A DNA stretch of 54,735 bases from Candidatus Nanopelagicales bacterium. GTDB lineage: Bacteria > Actinomycetota > Actinomycetes > S36-B12. The stretch lies in the NCBI GenBank assembly GCA_041689915.1, contig JBDNFH010000055.1:1-54735 (forward strand), given 5' to 3'. The notes beneath the pieces are model-generated. The model was given only the letters and a program-made list of their open reading frames with translations, did not search any database and was not told the origin of the DNA. A program made the translations under genes and the position numbers. The first letter of the stretch is position 1. Each line of letters begins with the position of its first letter. Positions 51,770 to 54,735 of the stretch are shown here, piece after piece.

Positions 51770-51788
51770 TATACCCCCGTGGGGTATA
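51770..51788. promoter_or_regulatory. CsoR operator
   Basis: TATACCCC-cgt-GGGGTATA palindrome overlapping the -10 TATAGT, 6 nt before the csoR ATG. Confidence 0.85.
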
Positions 51789-51796
51789 GTCAGATT

Positions 51797-52081
51797 ATGA
51801 ATCCTGGTTACACAGACGACAAAGTGGCGGTCCTCAAGCGGCTCAAGCGCATTGAAGGGCAAGTCCGTGGGATCGAGCGCATGGTCGAGGAAGACATCTA
51901 CTGCATTGACGTCCTCACCCAAGTCTCAGCAGCAACTAAGGCTTTGCAGGCTGTCGCGCTGGTCCTCCTGGGGGACCACCTCCAACACTGTGTAGCCGAT
52001 GCACTCGGTAAAGGTGGGGAAGAGGCAACCCTCAAGATTAATGAAGCCCAACAAGCAATTGAACGACTGGTCAAGAGTTAA
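51797..52081 (+). CDS. csoR: Copper-sensing repressor CsoR
   Basis: RLKRIEGQVRG, YCIDVL, HLQHC. Confidence 0.92.
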   Translation: MNPGYTDDKVAVLKRLKRIEGQVRGIERMVEEDIYCIDVLTQVSAATKALQAVALVLLGDHLQHCVADALGKGGEEATLKINEAQQAIERLVKS

Positions 52082-52100
52082 ACAATTCAAAGGAGCGAAC

Positions 52101-52319
52101 ATGTCGAGCAAAACTGTAAATGTAGATGGGATGACCTGCGATCACTGTGTGAGGGCAGTCACCGAAGAAATTTCCAAGATTCCGGGCGTCACAGGTGTCA
52201 ACATTGACCTCCGTGCGAATGCGATTTCTCCGGTAACGATTGCTTCAGATCAAGGCGTCAGCGATTCAGATATCGCTGAAGCAGTCGAAGAAGCGGGCTA
52301 CGCGGTCGTCCCAGCATGA
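52101..52319 (+). CDS. copZ: Copper chaperone (HMA domain)
   Basis: GMTCDHC, EEAGY; AGGAG SD. Confidence 0.9.
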   Translation: MSSKTVNVDGMTCDHCVRAVTEEISKIPGVTGVNIDLRANAISPVTIASDQGVSDSDIAEAVEEAGYAVVPA

Positions 52320-54535
52320 GCACTACAACATTGACACCGGTTGTCCTTTCCCTAGGTGGCATGACCTGCGCCTCGTGCGCGATGCGAGTCGAGAAAAAAT
52401 TGAACAAACTTCCGGGAGTCACGGCAACTGTCAATTTTGCAACCGAAAATGCGATGGTGAGTCTCCCCGATAATATTTCAATCACCGATGCCATTGCCGC
52501 GGTCGAATCTGCTGGTTACTCGGCCAAGGAAGTAACGCACGACAATCAAGATGCATTAGAACCCAAAGACACTGTTGAAGTTTCGCTCCGTAACCGACTG
52601 ATCATTTCGGGAATACTCACCGTCCCGGTGGTACTCATGGCCATGATTCCGGCACTTCAATTTGACTACTGGCAGTGGCTTTCACTGACGCTGGCCAGCC
52701 CTGTCGTTGTGTGGGGTGCGCTGCCATTTCACCGAGCCGCTTGGGTCAACCTTCGGCATGGAAACGCGACCATGGACACGCTGATCTCGATGGGCGTAGG
52801 TGCCGCTTACATCTGGTCCCTGTACGCATTGTTCTTTGGCGGAGCAGGTGAAACCGGCATGCAAATGGATTTCTCGTTACTACCGAATCACAATGGAACC
52901 AGCGAGATCTACCTTGAAGTTGCTTCAGCAGTAACCGTGTTCATCTTGCTTGGCCGATATTTCGAAGCACGAGCGAAATCTCAAAGCAGCGCCGCTTTAA
53001 CGGCACTACTGAACCTAGGTGCTAAAACTGTTTCAGTTGTTACAGAAGGAAATGAGAAACAAATCCCAATTGAGATGTTGCAGTTAGGTGATCACTTTGT
53101 TGTTCGGCCGGGGGAGCGAATTGCAACCGACGGTAAGGTCATTGAAGGTGCCTCAGCTGTTGACGAGAGCATGATTACCGGCGAATCGATCCCAGTAGAA
53201 GTAACAGTGGGCGACACAGTGATTGGCGCAACGCTCAACGCGAGTGGCCGTCTTGTTGTTGAAGCAACCGCCATTGGCGCGGACACAGCCCTGGCACGAA
53301 TCACGAACTTGGTGGAAAACGCTCAAGCCGGCAAAGCGCCAATCCAACGCTTAGCTGACCGGGTCGCAGCCATTTTTGTTCCCATTGTGATTCTCCTAGC
53401 GGTCGCGACTCTACTCGGCTGGCTCATTGCTGGAGCAGGATCAAGTTTCGCGTTCACTGCCGCAGTTGCTGTACTAATCATTGCCTGCCCCTGTGCACTT
53501 GGGTTAGCAACACCCACCGCCTTGCTCGTGGGAACAGGACGCGGAGCGCAACTCGGTGTTCTGATTCGCGGCCCACAAATTCTTGAATCAACCAAGCGGG
53601 TCAACACAATTGCATTAGACAAAACCGGGACCATCACGAGTGGAAAAATGTCGGTGCAGGAAATCCAACTGTCAAGCAATGTGAATGAAAACGAATTTTT
53701 AATTGTCGCTGGTTCTCTGGAAAACTCCAGTGAACACCCGATTGCCAAAGCGATCTCAATCTACGCCAAGGAGCGTGTCGAACTTGTCACGCCAGTTGAT
53801 TTTGCATCAACGCAAGGACGTGGAGTTCAAGGACTGATTAATGACAAAGCCGCGGTGATTGGAAATCCTGATTGGCTAGCCAAAGAGTGGTCGTTGATCA
53901 GCGATACGGATTGGGTTTCTACTCATCAGGATCAGGGTCACACGGTCATTGCAGTCGGTTGGGATGGTGAAGTACGTGGCTTGATCTCCGTTTCTGACAC
54001 CATCAAGGCCGACTCCAAAAGCGCGATCTCACGATTCAAGGAACTTGGACTCACGCCAGTACTTATTTCTGGTGACAATCAAAGTGCAGCCGAGCAGGTC
54101 GCCAAGGAAGTGGGGATTGATCGTGTCTTCGCAGGAGTTATGCCTGAGGACAAAGTCAGCATCATTACGCAACTCCAATCAGAAGGAAATGTTGTTGCGA
54201 TGGTAGGTGACGGTGTCAATGACGCTGCTGCGCTCGTTCAAGCCGACCTGGGCATGTCAATGGGATCCGGCACCGACGTTGCCATTGAAGCCAGCGACAT
54301 TACTTTGACGAACAGCAATCTGACAAGTGCCGCGACCGGCATCGAGCTCGCTCGAAAGACCCTAGGCACCATAAAGGGCAACCTGTTCTGGGCCTTTGCC
54401 TACAACATCGCAGCCATACCTCTTGCAATGGCAGGACTCCTCAATCCAATGATTGCCGGAGCCGCGATGGCCTTCTCCAGTGTCTTCGTTGTCACCAACA
54501 GCCTCCGCCTTCGTGGTTTCAAGCCGACCAAGTAA
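52316..54535 (+). CDS. copA: Cu(I)-exporting P1B-type ATPase
   Basis: GMTCASC, TGE, CPC, DKTGT, HP, GDGVND, YN and MAFSS motifs. Confidence 0.95.
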   Translation: MSTTTLTPVVLSLGGMTCASCAMRVEKKLNKLPGVTATVNFATENAMVSLPDNISITDAIAAVESAGYSAKEVTHDNQDALEPKDTVEVSLRNRLIISGILTVPVVLMAMIPALQFDYWQWLSLTLASPVVVWGALPFHRAAWVNLRHGNATMDTLISMGVGAAYIWSLYALFFGGAGETGMQMDFSLLPNHNGTSEIYLEVASAVTVFILLGRYFEARAKSQSSAALTALLNLGAKTVSVVTEGNEKQIPIEMLQLGDHFVVRPGERIATDGKVIEGASAVDESMITGESIPVEVTVGDTVIGATLNASGRLVVEATAIGADTALARITNLVENAQAGKAPIQRLADRVAAIFVPIVILLAVATLLGWLIAGAGSSFAFTAAVAVLIIACPCALGLATPTALLVGTGRGAQLGVLIRGPQILESTKRVNTIALDKTGTITSGKMSVQEIQLSSNVNENEFLIVAGSLENSSEHPIAKAISIYAKERVELVTPVDFASTQGRGVQGLINDKAAVIGNPDWLAKEWSLISDTDWVSTHQDQGHTVIAVGWDGEVRGLISVSDTIKADSKSAISRFKELGLTPVLISGDNQSAAEQVAKEVGIDRVFAGVMPEDKVSIITQLQSEGNVVAMVGDGVNDAAALVQADLGMSMGSGTDVAIEASDITLTNSNLTSAATGIELARKTLGTIKGNLFWAFAYNIAAIPLAMAGLLNPMIAGAAMAFSSVFVVTNSLRLRGFKPTK

Positions 54536-54558
54536 CCTTGGCAAGCCCAATTGGGCAA

Positions 54559-54633
54559 GCCGCCTTAGCTCAGGGGTAGAGCAACGCACTCGTAATGCGT
54601 AGGTCCGGAGTTCGAATCTCCGAGGCGGCTCCA
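54559..54633 (+). tRNA. tRNA-Thr(CGT), CCA encoded
   Basis: GCCGCCT/AGGCGGC acceptor stem, ACGCA-CTCGTAA-TGCGT anticodon arm, GTTCGAATC. Confidence 0.96.
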
Positions 54634-54735
54634 ACAGAAAGCAGTTGCAATGACTCACTTATGAGCCAAAACAACTGGATTATGAAGAAGAATCGCCTGG
54701 GTTCCTAGCGCGGTATTTAGCGCGCTTTGCCGTGA

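Overview
Actinobacterial chromosomal window with moderate GC, tightly packed genes and many apparently leaderless starts. Secreted proteins carry Cys/Lys terminal modules typical of freshwater Nanopelagicales-like lineages (inference). The backbone is the conserved actinobacterial synteny: dnaX-recR, ask-asd, tRNA-Pro(CGG), yqeY/ponA/whiB4/ArsA pair/RidA/NUDIX/MBL/crp/nth/TlpA/marP, nhaA-acs, HAD-ssd-tad pilus locus, DUF1998 helicase, STAS protein, hppA, topA-tmk-holB, csoR-copZ-copA and tRNA-Thr(CGT). Small accessory islets are inserted between the conserved genes. The best candidate for an undescribed system is at 32450-33423: an intact NYN (PIN-like) ribonuclease gene followed by two near-identical, two-hairpin small RNA genes on the opposite strand. 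Each RNA gene has its own near-consensus sigma70 promoter, and the second is attached to the decayed C-terminal tail of a divergent NYN paralog, which suggests a nuclease plus small-RNA module (RNA antitoxin or guide). Other notable items are a BrnTA islet bounded by a tRNA-Pro 3' repeat, a HicA deletion leaving HicB intact, a Cys-containing leader peptide upstream of an OsmC-like gene next to an IS3 end, a nonsense-interrupted Fic-like gene, and an 18-bp bidirectional promoter. All family calls come from motif recognition by eye; no database searches were run.
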